DNA of 64,000 nt from Bdellovibrionales bacterium (GTDB taxonomy: Bacteria; Bdellovibrionota; Bdellovibrionia; Bdellovibrionales; JAMPXM01). Below the pieces are notes generated by a model. It had not been told where the DNA came from, did no database searches, and saw nothing but the letters and a program-made list of their open reading frames with translations. Each line of letters starts with the position of its first letter. Position 1 is the first letter of the stretch. The translations under genes were made by a program, and so were the position numbers. Location of the stretch: assembly GCA_043784965.1 (NCBI GenBank), contig JAYVXS010000165.1, positions 14,834 through 78,833 of the forward strand, read 5' to 3'. This document shows, piece by piece, positions 53,427 to 62,886 of this stretch.

Positions 53427-55862
53427 ATGAAATTGCAATACACGCGAGGCCTTAAACCGGCTTTAAAACTTGTGCGAGCCCTCATTTTGGCTTCGGCTAT
53501 TTTACAAACTACGCCAGTGAGAAGTGTTTTCGCACAATCGCCAACTGATATTGATCGTCTCTTTGACGATGAGGACGATGAGGCTCCTGGACAGCAACCA
53601 CAAGGAAGATTCCCCGCGCCGCCGCCCCCGCCAACTCCAGCGCCGACCCAACAAAATAATCAAGCCGATACTGAACAAGCAAGAGCGGGCTTTCCGCCAG
53701 ATAATACCCGTTCCACTCCGCCAAGCACCACCAGTACATTTAATCCAAAGTCTGGGTCAGGAAAGAAACCTGGACCCACTGTCCCTGCGGTACCGATTAA
53801 AGCGATGAATAAAAAGCCAATAAAGGATGCTTCGATCGAAGAAATCACCAATGAAAATTATCCTGACGAAATTGAAAGCTTTGATTATCCAAATGCTGAA
53901 ATCACCGATGTCATTAAAGCGATTAGTGACTTAACCGGCAAAAACTTTATCATCGACTCTTCGGTACACGGCAAAATCAGTATTGTGGCACCAAGTAAAG
54001 TAACCGTCGCTGAAGCCTACAAGGCTTTCTTAGCCGCGCTAGCAGCCAACAGCTTCACAGTTGTTCCTTACGGAAAATTTTTGAAAGTGAAGAGCTCAAA
54101 GACCGCAAAAAATGATAATATTCCGACTTATTCAGGCTCTTATTATCCAACTTCAGATATTTTTGTAACCAAGATTATTCATTTAAAACATATTATGGCC
54201 GACGATATTAAGAAAAACTTAGGCATTATTTCAACCCGTGACGGTGACGTCAGTGCCTATGGACCCACCAATTCTCTCATTATCAACGACTACGGTTCAA
54301 ACGTTGATAAAATTACAAAAATTATCGAAGAACTTGATAAGCCGGGTTTTGATGAACAGCTAGTTGTGCTCCCGATTAAATATGCCAAAGCTAAAGAGCT
54401 CGCTGATTTGATCAACGCCATTATTAATAAAGACCCCACAAAGGGCGCGCAAACCGGCGGCTTTGGCGTCCCAAGATATCGCGGCAGTGGTATGCCAGGA
54501 CAGCCAGGCGGCAGCACTGAAAATTTGTCTCTCGTTATGGCCGATGAGAGAACTGGGGCCTTAATTGTTGTCGGGAATCGAGCCGGCGTTGAAAAAGTGC
54601 GCGGCCTGGTGCGAAAATTGGATTATAAATTGGATCCCAGCGAAGCTGGTGTTTATGTTTATTTCGTAAGATATGGTGAATCAGAAAAAATCGCACAAAC
54701 CTTGAGTGGCGTTGCGAGCGTTAGTGGTGCGGCGTCGACACCAGCGGCTCCCCCTGGCGGATTTGGTGGATTCAATCCACCTTCAAAACCAACTGGCAAT
54801 AGCATTTTTGGCGGAGACGTTAAAATCTCAGCCGACAAAGCGAACAACTCTCTAGTAATAACTGCTAGCAAAATAGATTATGAGATAATCAAAAGAATTT
54901 TAGCCAAAGTAGATGTGCCGCGCGATCAAGTATTTGTCGAGGCCATTATTATGGAAATGAACGCCACTAAAGCCAATATTTGGGATTCAAATATTGTGAA
55001 GTTTCAGTCCACAACTGATGCAAATAATACTCAAGTGGCAAGCCCAGCTCGGGTTGGCTTTACCGGCGGAAACCTTGGCGACCTAATTAATCCCACTAAA
55101 GCTGGTGCTATTTTAGGCTTTGGCGCAGGTGAAACGCTCAACCTTACACTTAATAATCAAACCTTTAAAATCCCGTCTTTGTTGGCTTTGGTGAGTTTTT
55201 TACAAACGCAAACTGAAGGCAATATTCTCTCGACTCCACAAATCTTAGCCCTCGACAATGAAGACGCCACGATTGAAGTTGGTTCAAGAATTCCGATCAG
55301 CCAAACCTTATCGACAACTGCGACTGGCACAACCGCGGCGCCCAATTTAGAGGATGTGAATATTTCGCTTAAGATTACGCCGCATATTTCGCCTGACTCA
55401 GATCAAGTGCGAATGAAACTGGTACAAGAAGTGAAGCAGCCCACCACTACTCAGGCTCTCGCACAAAGCTTCGTCGGCAATACCACGGTGATTGCAAAAA
55501 GAAAGATTGATACCAATATCGTAGTCAATAGTGGAGACACTGCCGTTCTCGGCGGCCTCATTCATGACGAAGAAACTATGCTTGAGCAGAAAGTCCCGGT
55601 ATTAGGTGATTTGCCAATCATCGGCTGGCTATTTAAGAATAAAGTTGTTCGCAAAGACAAATTGAATTTGGTGGTCTTTATTACACCCAAAATTTTGCGC
55701 AGCTCAAAAGACAATCACGAATTGCTAAACAACAAAGCGCAAAGTCGCATTGAGTGGCTTAAGAAAAACTTCGATGGCCGCGATCCATATGGCAAGGTCA
55801 TTGAAGGACTGCCGCACGCCGAAGTTGAAGAATCTCTTGAGCGAACAAAAAGGAATGATTAA
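53427..55862 (+). CDS. gspD: Type II secretion system secretin GspD
   Basis: 811 aa with N0-N3 repeats. The secretin core has NSLVITA and VPVLGDLPIIGWLFK. A Pro/Thr-rich ~90-aa segment follows the signal peptide. Confidence 0.85.
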   Translation: MKLQYTRGLKPALKLVRALILASAILQTTPVRSVFAQSPTDIDRLFDDEDDEAPGQQPQGRFPAPPPPPTPAPTQQNNQADTEQARAGFPPDNTRSTPPSTTSTFNPKSGSGKKPGPTVPAVPIKAMNKKPIKDASIEEITNENYPDEIESFDYPNAEITDVIKAISDLTGKNFIIDSSVHGKISIVAPSKVTVAEAYKAFLAALAANSFTVVPYGKFLKVKSSKTAKNDNIPTYSGSYYPTSDIFVTKIIHLKHIMADDIKKNLGIISTRDGDVSAYGPTNSLIINDYGSNVDKITKIIEELDKPGFDEQLVVLPIKYAKAKELADLINAIINKDPTKGAQTGGFGVPRYRGSGMPGQPGGSTENLSLVMADERTGALIVVGNRAGVEKVRGLVRKLDYKLDPSEAGVYVYFVRYGESEKIAQTLSGVASVSGAASTPAAPPGGFGGFNPPSKPTGNSIFGGDVKISADKANNSLVITASKIDYEIIKRILAKVDVPRDQVFVEAIIMEMNATKANIWDSNIVKFQSTTDANNTQVASPARVGFTGGNLGDLINPTKAGAILGFGAGETLNLTLNNQTFKIPSLLALVSFLQTQTEGNILSTPQILALDNEDATIEVGSRIPISQTLSTTATGTTAAPNLEDVNISLKITPHISPDSDQVRMKLVQEVKQPTTTQALAQSFVGNTTVIAKRKIDTNIVVNSGDTAVLGGLIHDEETMLEQKVPVLGDLPIIGWLFKNKVVRKDKLNLVVFITPKILRSSKDNHELLNNKAQSRIEWLKKNFDGRDPYGKVIEGLPHAEVEESLERTKRND

Positions 55863-55871
55863 GGTAAATTT

Positions 55872-57563
55872 ATGGCAACGCCGCAACTTGAGAGTATCAT
55901 TTTAAAGAGCACCTCGATTAGTAGCGAGCAGCTGACCGCATTGCTTGCTATGACCATTGACCAAGGCCATTCTCTGGGCGAATATTTAAGTAAAAAAGAA
56001 GCAACAAATGCAGATGAAATCATATCAGAAATTTGTACAAAGCTTGGAATTCAATACATCAAAGATATTCCGATAAATGATATCGCCGTCGATTTGATTC
56101 GCCATATTCCAATTAATTTGGCGAAAAAGTTCGAGGTTTTGCCATACAAAGAAGAGCAAGATCAAATCTTTGTGCTAACTACCAATCCATTGAATAGTAA
56201 AATCATGGACGATTTGCGAGTCATGTTTAAGAAGCGCGTTCGCATTATCATGACTTCGAAAATTAAAATACTCGATGCCATTAATAAGGTTTATGAAAAG
56301 AGCACGGCTGCCCTTCAAGGTTTAGAGGAAATAGACGAAGAGGACTACGATCTAGATGAGCCAATTGTCGATCTTTTAGAGAGCGGCGAAGACGATGCGC
56401 CGGTCATTCGACTAGTCAATACACTTTTGTTTCGTGCCGTTAAAGAGAAGGCCTCAGATATTCACATTGAACCTTTTGAAAAAGACATGGTAGTGCGCTT
56501 TAGAGTCGATGGTCTTTTATTTGATATTTTTAAACCACCCAAAAAACTACAAAACGCCATTACTTCAAGAATAAAGGTAATGGGCAATCTCAATATTGCT
56601 GAAAAGCGTTTGCCACAAGATGGTCGTATTCCGCTAAAAGTAGGCGGCAAAGATATCGATGTGCGCTTGAGCTCTGTACCCACTTCGTTTGGCGAAAGAC
56701 TCGTGATGCGCTTGCAAGATCGCTCGAATGTGGTCCTTCAACTCGAGCAATTGGGCTTTAGTGAAGACACTCTTAATAAAATGAACAATGATTTACTCTT
56801 AAGAACTTATGGGATTATTCTAGTCACTGGCCCCACCGGCTCTGGTAAGTCGACGACACTCTACGCCAGCATAAATAGAATTAATAATGTCGGAACCAAT
56901 ATAATCACGGTTGAAGATCCCGTCGAGCAACGCATTCATGGGATCGGGCAAATTCAAGTGAATTCTAAAATCGGCCTGACCTTTGCGGCTGGTTTAAGGG
57001 CGATACTTCGTCAGGATCCCAATGTAATTATGATTGGAGAGATTCGCGACCTTGAGACGGCAGAAATTGCCATCAATGCCTCACTCACTGGTCACTTAGT
57101 GCTCTCTACGATTCATACAAATGATTCTGCCGGGGTATTTCCGCGATTAACCGATATGGGGTGCGAACCCTTCTTAGTGGCTACTTCTCTGCTGGGGGTA
57201 ATCGCACAGCGCCTGGTGAGAGTCTTGTGTCCACATTGCAAAGCGCCCCATGTTGCAAGTGACACTGAAATTAGCTCGATTGGACTCTCTCGTGCACAGG
57301 CTCAGGCCGGCCGCATTTTTAAAAATGTCGGCTGTGAACACTGCAATCACAAAGGTTATATTGGACGAACAATCATTCAAGAATTGATGATGATCAATGA
57401 AGAGATCAGGCATTTGATTATGATTAAAAAAGATGGCGGCACTATTAAAAAACAGGCCATTGCCGATGGAATGCGAACCTTCAGAGATCACGGGATTCAA
57501 AAAATTCTATTGGGAATTACTACTATCGAAGAAGTTCTCGCCAATACACAAGTGGATTTGTAG
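55872..57563 (+). CDS. gspE: Type II secretion ATPase GspE
   Basis: Walker A GPTGSGKST, Asp/His boxes, and the tetracysteine CPHC...CEHC. Confidence 0.9.
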   Translation: MATPQLESIILKSTSISSEQLTALLAMTIDQGHSLGEYLSKKEATNADEIISEICTKLGIQYIKDIPINDIAVDLIRHIPINLAKKFEVLPYKEEQDQIFVLTTNPLNSKIMDDLRVMFKKRVRIIMTSKIKILDAINKVYEKSTAALQGLEEIDEEDYDLDEPIVDLLESGEDDAPVIRLVNTLLFRAVKEKASDIHIEPFEKDMVVRFRVDGLLFDIFKPPKKLQNAITSRIKVMGNLNIAEKRLPQDGRIPLKVGGKDIDVRLSSVPTSFGERLVMRLQDRSNVVLQLEQLGFSEDTLNKMNNDLLLRTYGIILVTGPTGSGKSTTLYASINRINNVGTNIITVEDPVEQRIHGIGQIQVNSKIGLTFAAGLRAILRQDPNVIMIGEIRDLETAEIAINASLTGHLVLSTIHTNDSAGVFPRLTDMGCEPFLVATSLLGVIAQRLVRVLCPHCKAPHVASDTEISSIGLSRAQAQAGRIFKNVGCEHCNHKGYIGRTIIQELMMINEEIRHLIMIKKDGGTIKKQAIADGMRTFRDHGIQKILLGITTIEEVLANTQVDL

Positions 57564-57591
57564 AAACGCGCGTTAGAAGGAAAAGATACGA

Positions 57592-58812
57592 ATGCCCATA
57601 TTTGAATATCGTGGCTTAAATCAGGCGGGCAAGAATCTGCGCGGCACCATAGACGCCGAAAATTTACGTACGGCACGTTCAAAGCTTAAAAAAGATGGCA
57701 TTTTTGTTGTTGACCTCAAGGATAAAGGTAAAGAACAACTCAAGAACAAGAAAAAATCTGGAAGCGGAAAAAAGATCAGCATCGACGAACTCTCGATGAT
57801 GACCAGACAGCTTGCCACTCTAATCAAAGCTAAAATCCCTCTGGTTGAGTCACTAGCTGCGGTCAGCGACCAAGTTGAAAATGAAACCTTAAAAGAGGCA
57901 ACGGCTGATATCAAAAATATGGTAAATGAAGGTGCCCCCTTTTACAAAAGCCTTGCGAAATACCCAAAACTTTTTGATCACATTTACGTAACGATGTGTG
58001 AAGCCGGTGAAGCAACCGGAAATCTAGATGTCATTCTGGTAAGACTTGCTGAATTTAAAGAGGCACAAAATGAGCTCAATTCAAAAGTGAAGTCGGCGAT
58101 TCTCTATCCATTGATCATGTTTATTTTTACTTTAGCCATGCTGGCGGTGATTTTTATTTTCGTCATTCCAAAATTGACTTCAATTTTCGAGAGTGCCGAA
58201 ATGGAACTGCCCTGGTATACACTGGTCGTAATAAATTTCAGCAGTATCTTGGTTAACTATTGGCACGTGATATTAGTTATTATGTTTGGCGCCTACTTTT
58301 CATTTCAAACCTGGAAGGTCTCGACAGAGGGCTCTAAAACATACGATGCAATTCTTTTGAAAATTCCGGTCATTGGCAAACTGGTCAGACTGGTTGCCGT
58401 TTCAAGATTCACGCGAACACTCGCGACACTTTTGCAGGGCGGAGTGCCCATGTTGTCTGCGATGGACATCGTATCAAATGTGGTCGGCAATCACGTATTA
58501 GCCGTGGCCATCATTCAAGCTAGAGATAATATCTCTGAAGGAGAATCCATTGCAGGTCCCTTAAAAAAATCGCAACAATTTCCGCCCATTGTTACTCATA
58601 TGATTAACATTGGAGAAAAAACCGGCGAGCTAGAGAATATGCTGACGCAGGTCAGCGACTCATATGATTTTCAAGTTAAAACCCAAATTCAAGGTTTAAC
58701 AGCCTTGCTTGAACCCGTTATGATCATTATGATGGGTCTGGTAATTGGTGTGATTGTGTTTTCAATTATGCTGCCGATGTTTGATATGGCGAATTTGGGC
58801 GGCAATGGTTAG
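57592..58812 (+). CDS. gspF: Type II secretion inner-membrane platform protein GspF
   Basis: 406 aa with the duplicated GspF/PilC domain and three TM segments. Confidence 0.9.
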   Translation: MPIFEYRGLNQAGKNLRGTIDAENLRTARSKLKKDGIFVVDLKDKGKEQLKNKKKSGSGKKISIDELSMMTRQLATLIKAKIPLVESLAAVSDQVENETLKEATADIKNMVNEGAPFYKSLAKYPKLFDHIYVTMCEAGEATGNLDVILVRLAEFKEAQNELNSKVKSAILYPLIMFIFTLAMLAVIFIFVIPKLTSIFESAEMELPWYTLVVINFSSILVNYWHVILVIMFGAYFSFQTWKVSTEGSKTYDAILLKIPVIGKLVRLVAVSRFTRTLATLLQGGVPMLSAMDIVSNVVGNHVLAVAIIQARDNISEGESIAGPLKKSQQFPPIVTHMINIGEKTGELENMLTQVSDSYDFQVKTQIQGLTALLEPVMIIMMGLVIGVIVFSIMLPMFDMANLGGNG

Positions 58813-58840
58813 GCAATGGTTAGGCAATGGTTAGGCAATG
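58801..58840. repeat. 11-bp tandem repeat x3.6 (GGCAATGGTTA)
   Basis: Unit 1 is the last three codons of gspF plus TA of its TAG stop (GGC AAT GGT TAG). The units repeat head to tail. Confidence 0.95.
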
Positions 58841-58947
58841 TTTCACCAGAAAAAAAGTAAATTCAATATACTATTAGGATTATTAATAGGATTAGTATTG
58901 AACTTAATTTAATTATTATGAGATCAATTTTTATACGAAGGAACCCT

Positions 58948-59400
58948 ATGCGAAACCCGAAGCAAAACATTTTATTTCAAGCCGGCTTTACCTTAATAGA
59001 AATTATGATTGTTCTGGTTATTCTCGGTGGCTTAATGGCCATTCTTGGCAAAAATATCATCGGCAATCTTCAAAAAGCGAGAGTAAAAGAAGCTTATATT
59101 CAAATTAAAGAACTCTCGAAAAATCTAGAAATGTACAATGTCGATTGCACACAATTTCCAACCACCGATCAAGGCATGCAGGCTCTTTCGCAAAACCCAG
59201 GTTCAGAGATCTGCCCAAACTGGGGTCCTGACCCCTACCTCAAAACAGTTCCGAAGGACCCATGGGGAATGCCATATTTATATGAATCGGATGGTTCAAA
59301 ATTTCTTTTAAAAAGTTATGGCAAAGATAAAAAGACCGGTGGCTCAGGCTATGATCGTGACATTACTTCTGATGACGACGAAGGAACTGTAACTAAATAA
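58948..59400 (+). CDS. gspG: Type II secretion major pseudopilin GspG
   Basis: The start is taken at MRNPKQNILFQAGFTLIEIMIVLVILGG (SD AAGGAA). DPWGMPYLYESDG...YGKDKKTGGSGYDRDI is typical of GspG. Confidence 0.85.
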   Translation: MRNPKQNILFQAGFTLIEIMIVLVILGGLMAILGKNIIGNLQKARVKEAYIQIKELSKNLEMYNVDCTQFPTTDQGMQALSQNPGSEICPNWGPDPYLKTVPKDPWGMPYLYESDGSKFLLKSYGKDKKTGGSGYDRDITSDDDEGTVTK

Positions 59401-59434
59401 CTCGCGCTATACTATCCCATTTGGGAGATGTCTC

Positions 59435-60043
59435 ATGTCGTGCAAGGATGCAAATCGAGGCTTCACACTCATAGAGATTATGATCGTGCTGGTTATCATT
59501 GGCCTTGTACTCACTCTTGGCGTCCCGAAATTAGTTAACTCAAAGGGTAAGCTTAAAGACGAAGTCAAACGCTTCGCCATCGTCGCCAAGCAAGTGCACA
59601 ATGCCGCACGACTTGAAAACCGAACTTATCGCATTGCTTTTAGTTTGGATGAAAAAAAAAATCACAGCTACTGGATTGAGACTGGGAGTGGAAATGTGAC
59701 CCTGCTCAACGACGATCAATTGAAAAAACTAAAAGAAGAGAGCGACCCTAAGAAAAGTTTGATTGCAAAAAATAATGGCTTTGAAATATCTAGGTCGATT
59801 CTAAGAGATAGAGTGAAACTGCCAAAAGATCTATTCATTGATAAAATTGAATATAGTGACGGCAAGGCGATCACCAAAGGCGATGCTTCGGTTCATTTCT
59901 TTGCCCAAGGGCTAGTGCAAGAAGCCGCCATTCACCTTTCGGACCATAAGACCCTTATTTGGACAATCTATATAAGCCCCTTAACCGCACATACCACCAT
60001 CTTTGATAAAAACATAAGCCTAAAGGAGATCACTCAGCGGTGA
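59435..60043 (+). CDS. gspH: Type II secretion minor pseudopilin GspH-like
   Basis: Prepilin motif RGFTLIEIMIVLVIIGLVL. Position after gspG. Confidence 0.6.
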   Translation: MSCKDANRGFTLIEIMIVLVIIGLVLTLGVPKLVNSKGKLKDEVKRFAIVAKQVHNAARLENRTYRIAFSLDEKKNHSYWIETGSGNVTLLNDDQLKKLKEESDPKKSLIAKNNGFEISRSILRDRVKLPKDLFIDKIEYSDGKAITKGDASVHFFAQGLVQEAAIHLSDHKTLIWTIYISPLTAHTTIFDKNISLKEITQR

Positions 60044-60576
60044 AAAATAAATCTCTTTCTGGGTTCACTTTACTTGAAACTTTGATCGCCATGGTCATTA
60101 TGAGCGGTGGCATCTTGCTGGTGGCCAATGCGTGGAGTGGTAATACGCAAAGATTACAGAAATCTAAAATCAATAATACCGTAGCCTTTCTATTGCAAAA
60201 AAAAATGACCGAAATTGAAATTTTATATAAAGACAAAGCGCCCGACGATATTCCAGAGGCCGATGCGGGAGACTTCAGTAAAGATGGCAAAGAATTTTCT
60301 CAGTACAAATGGACGCTCAAATCAAAAGAATTTGAGATGCCCAGTCTCACAGATTTATTAACCTCTAAAGATGGTGGCGCCAATCAAACTATGCTCTTTA
60401 TCATTGGGCAAATGACCGAGTTCTTAGGAAAAGTCGTTAAAGAGGTTACGGTCACAATCGTTTATACTGGCAAAATAACCAAGCGCCAAATTAAGAACTC
60501 AGTCACTAGTTACTTCATCGATTATAAAAAAGAACTAACCCTGCCGAATATTCCCGGCCTCACGGGTGGTAAATAG
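60040..60576 (+). CDS. gspI: Type II secretion minor pseudopilin GspI-like
   Basis: LSGFTLLETLIAMVIMSGGIL. 4-nt overlap with gspH. Confidence 0.6.
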   Translation: MKNKSLSGFTLLETLIAMVIMSGGILLVANAWSGNTQRLQKSKINNTVAFLLQKKMTEIEILYKDKAPDDIPEADAGDFSKDGKEFSQYKWTLKSKEFEMPSLTDLLTSKDGGANQTMLFIIGQMTEFLGKVVKEVTVTIVYTGKITKRQIKNSVTSYFIDYKKELTLPNIPGLTGGK

Positions 60577-61481
60577 TGAAATCACGCTTCAATTCGGGCT
60601 TTACTCTTCTTGAAATGATGATCGCAATGACGATTTTAGCAACACTCACGGTGCTCACCAGCACATCGATTCGCAGTGCCATTCAAAGCCAGCGTAAATT
60701 CGAATTGCAAATTGAGCAAGATTCGCAGGTTCGAGAAGCGCTAAAGGTAATGGAGAAAGACCTTAGCTTGGCATTTCATCATCGGGATACTTACACCACC
60801 ATGTATAATCAAGTAAATCTCGAAGTTAATAAGGCTCCCGGCGCACCGACAGGCACTCCTGGAAATGCGATCACGCAGACTCCTCCGCCCTTTGGCGGGG
60901 CCACAGCGAATCCAGTGGCCACACCTAAACCGAAAGAAGTACCTAAAGAGTTGACGGCCTTTATTGGAGCCGAAAAATCAGTATACTTTACTTCACTCTC
61001 AAATATTCGCGTACAACGTGATGAGCAGGCCTCTGACCAAGCTAAAATTGGCTATTTTTTGAAGACGTGTAAAAGCATTAGCAGCAGCGGCAAATCGACC
61101 TCAAGTGATTGCTTGTGGCGAAGAACCTCACCAATCCTTGATGACAAAGTTGAGGTGGCAGATGCCAGTGCCACTGAAGCTGTGCTTATCGAAAATGTCA
61201 CTGACTTTAAGCTAAAGTATTTAGGCCCGGGGCACGAAGAATGGCAAGAACTTTGGAAGACTTCGGACAGCGATGCGGGAATGAAAGATAATTTTCCGTA
61301 TGCGGTCGATGTAACTATTAAAGTTCACAATAAACATAATCCAAAAGCGAAACCAGTTGAAATGCGCCTCATCGCGAGCATTCACTTTCCAAATAATGAA
61401 ATTAAAAAAGATCCGAATGCGTCGTCTAATCAGTCTCCCAGTCCGACCCCAAGTGTAACCCCAACACCAAAGTCACCATGA
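60576..61481 (+). CDS. gspJ: Type II secretion minor pseudopilin GspJ-like
   Basis: NSGFTLLEMMIAMTILATL. Ser/Pro/Thr-rich C-terminal tail. Position before gspK. Confidence 0.6.
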   Translation: MKSRFNSGFTLLEMMIAMTILATLTVLTSTSIRSAIQSQRKFELQIEQDSQVREALKVMEKDLSLAFHHRDTYTTMYNQVNLEVNKAPGAPTGTPGNAITQTPPPFGGATANPVATPKPKEVPKELTAFIGAEKSVYFTSLSNIRVQRDEQASDQAKIGYFLKTCKSISSSGKSTSSDCLWRRTSPILDDKVEVADASATEAVLIENVTDFKLKYLGPGHEEWQELWKTSDSDAGMKDNFPYAVDVTIKVHNKHNPKAKPVEMRLIASIHFPNNEIKKDPNASSNQSPSPTPSVTPTPKSP

Positions 61482-62833
61482 TGATCAGACTTATTAACAA
61501 ACACATTCGCAAGCTCCTAAAAATTTTGAACACAGAAGTAAAAATACCACCCTTCGCGCTTGGATTTATTAATTTTAAGCAAACGCAAAGTATTTTGAAA
61601 AAAGAGGCTGGCTCAGCATTGATGATCGCAATTTTTTCAGTAAGCTTCATGATCATCATTGCCACCCAAGTGATGTATGAAACCTCGGTAGAGTTTGTCA
61701 TGAGCGCAAAGAGTGTCGATCAAGTGAAGGCTTACTATGCGGCAAAGGCGGGTCTCGAAATGAGTCTTTTACGCATTCAAATTTTTAAAAAAGCCAAGGC
61801 TATGATCGGCGACTCTTTACCTGACAAGACGATACTCGATCAAATTTGGCAGTTCCCATTTGCATGGCCACCCATCATTCCAATGGGCGCAGACAAAATG
61901 GCCAAAACTGGAATTGATAAAGTCGTCAAAATGAGCGGCATGCAAGGCAAGTATATTTCTATGATTTCAAGTGAGGGTTCAAAAATAGATATCAATGATT
62001 TGGCCTCACCGTCTAAATCAACCGCTCAAGCCGTTCATATTCAGTTGCTGCAGATGTTTCAAGCGAAGGTGAAGCGCGATGAGGCTTTCGCTGCCGAATA
62101 CAGCTCATTTGATTTTGACAAACTGATAAACAATATTGCCGACTGGGTCAGTGAGGGGCCGACTAGTGCATTTGACGGCGGTGACAAGCGATCAAGATAT
62201 TCACAGTTCAGCAATGAATTTATTCCTCCGAATCAGCCATTTAAAACTCTTGGTGAGCTTCACTTGGTAAAAGACATGAAGGATGACTTCTTTAATGTAT
62301 TGGCTCCCAATATTACCATTTTTGGGACGAAAGCAATTAATGTAAATCTCGCCACGAGAGATGTTTTAATGTCGCTTTCACCGCAAATTACACTTGAACG
62401 AGCCACTGAACTCCTCAAGCTTAGATCCTTGCCGACAAGGGGTCCGTTTAAAGACTTCAAAGATTTTTTGGGAGCACTCAATTCTTTGGGTGTCTCAGGC
62501 GATCCTTTCACTGATCCGAAAACTAAAGAAGTGATGCCGCTATCTTTTGATTCTGAATTTAATTTTCGCATCAAGAGCACTGGCATATCAGGAAAGACTC
62601 AGCGAAACCTTGAAGCTGTGGTCTATGACTTTGATCGGGTTAAGGCAAATCTGACACAACAAATGCAGGCGCAAAAACAGGCCAATGCGAGTCCCACGCC
62701 AACGCCAGTTCCAGGCGCCCCGCCTTCTGGTGGTGCCGCTACCCCCACGCCTAGTCCTTCGCCCAGCCCAGCTCCGGCAAAAATCGATGTGCCAAATGAA
62801 AGGCCAAGTGTGATATATTGGGAAGAGAATTAG
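61478..62833 (+). CDS. gspK: Type II secretion minor pseudopilin GspK
   Basis: The start is coupled to gspJ through ATGATGA. EAGSALMIAIFSVSFMIII, GSKIDINDL and INVNLATRDVLMSL are GspK-like. A Pro/Thr/Ser-rich tail is present. An alternative in-frame TTG start lies at 61595. Confidence 0.7.
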   Translation: MMIRLINKHIRKLLKILNTEVKIPPFALGFINFKQTQSILKKEAGSALMIAIFSVSFMIIIATQVMYETSVEFVMSAKSVDQVKAYYAAKAGLEMSLLRIQIFKKAKAMIGDSLPDKTILDQIWQFPFAWPPIIPMGADKMAKTGIDKVVKMSGMQGKYISMISSEGSKIDINDLASPSKSTAQAVHIQLLQMFQAKVKRDEAFAAEYSSFDFDKLINNIADWVSEGPTSAFDGGDKRSRYSQFSNEFIPPNQPFKTLGELHLVKDMKDDFFNVLAPNITIFGTKAINVNLATRDVLMSLSPQITLERATELLKLRSLPTRGPFKDFKDFLGALNSLGVSGDPFTDPKTKEVMPLSFDSEFNFRIKSTGISGKTQRNLEAVVYDFDRVKANLTQQMQAQKQANASPTPTPVPGAPPSGGAATPTPSPSPSPAPAKIDVPNERPSVIYWEEN

Positions 62834-62886
62834 ACAGCAAGTTAAGCTTAGGTTTTTAATCTCGGTAGTGCATCAAGGATTATGAA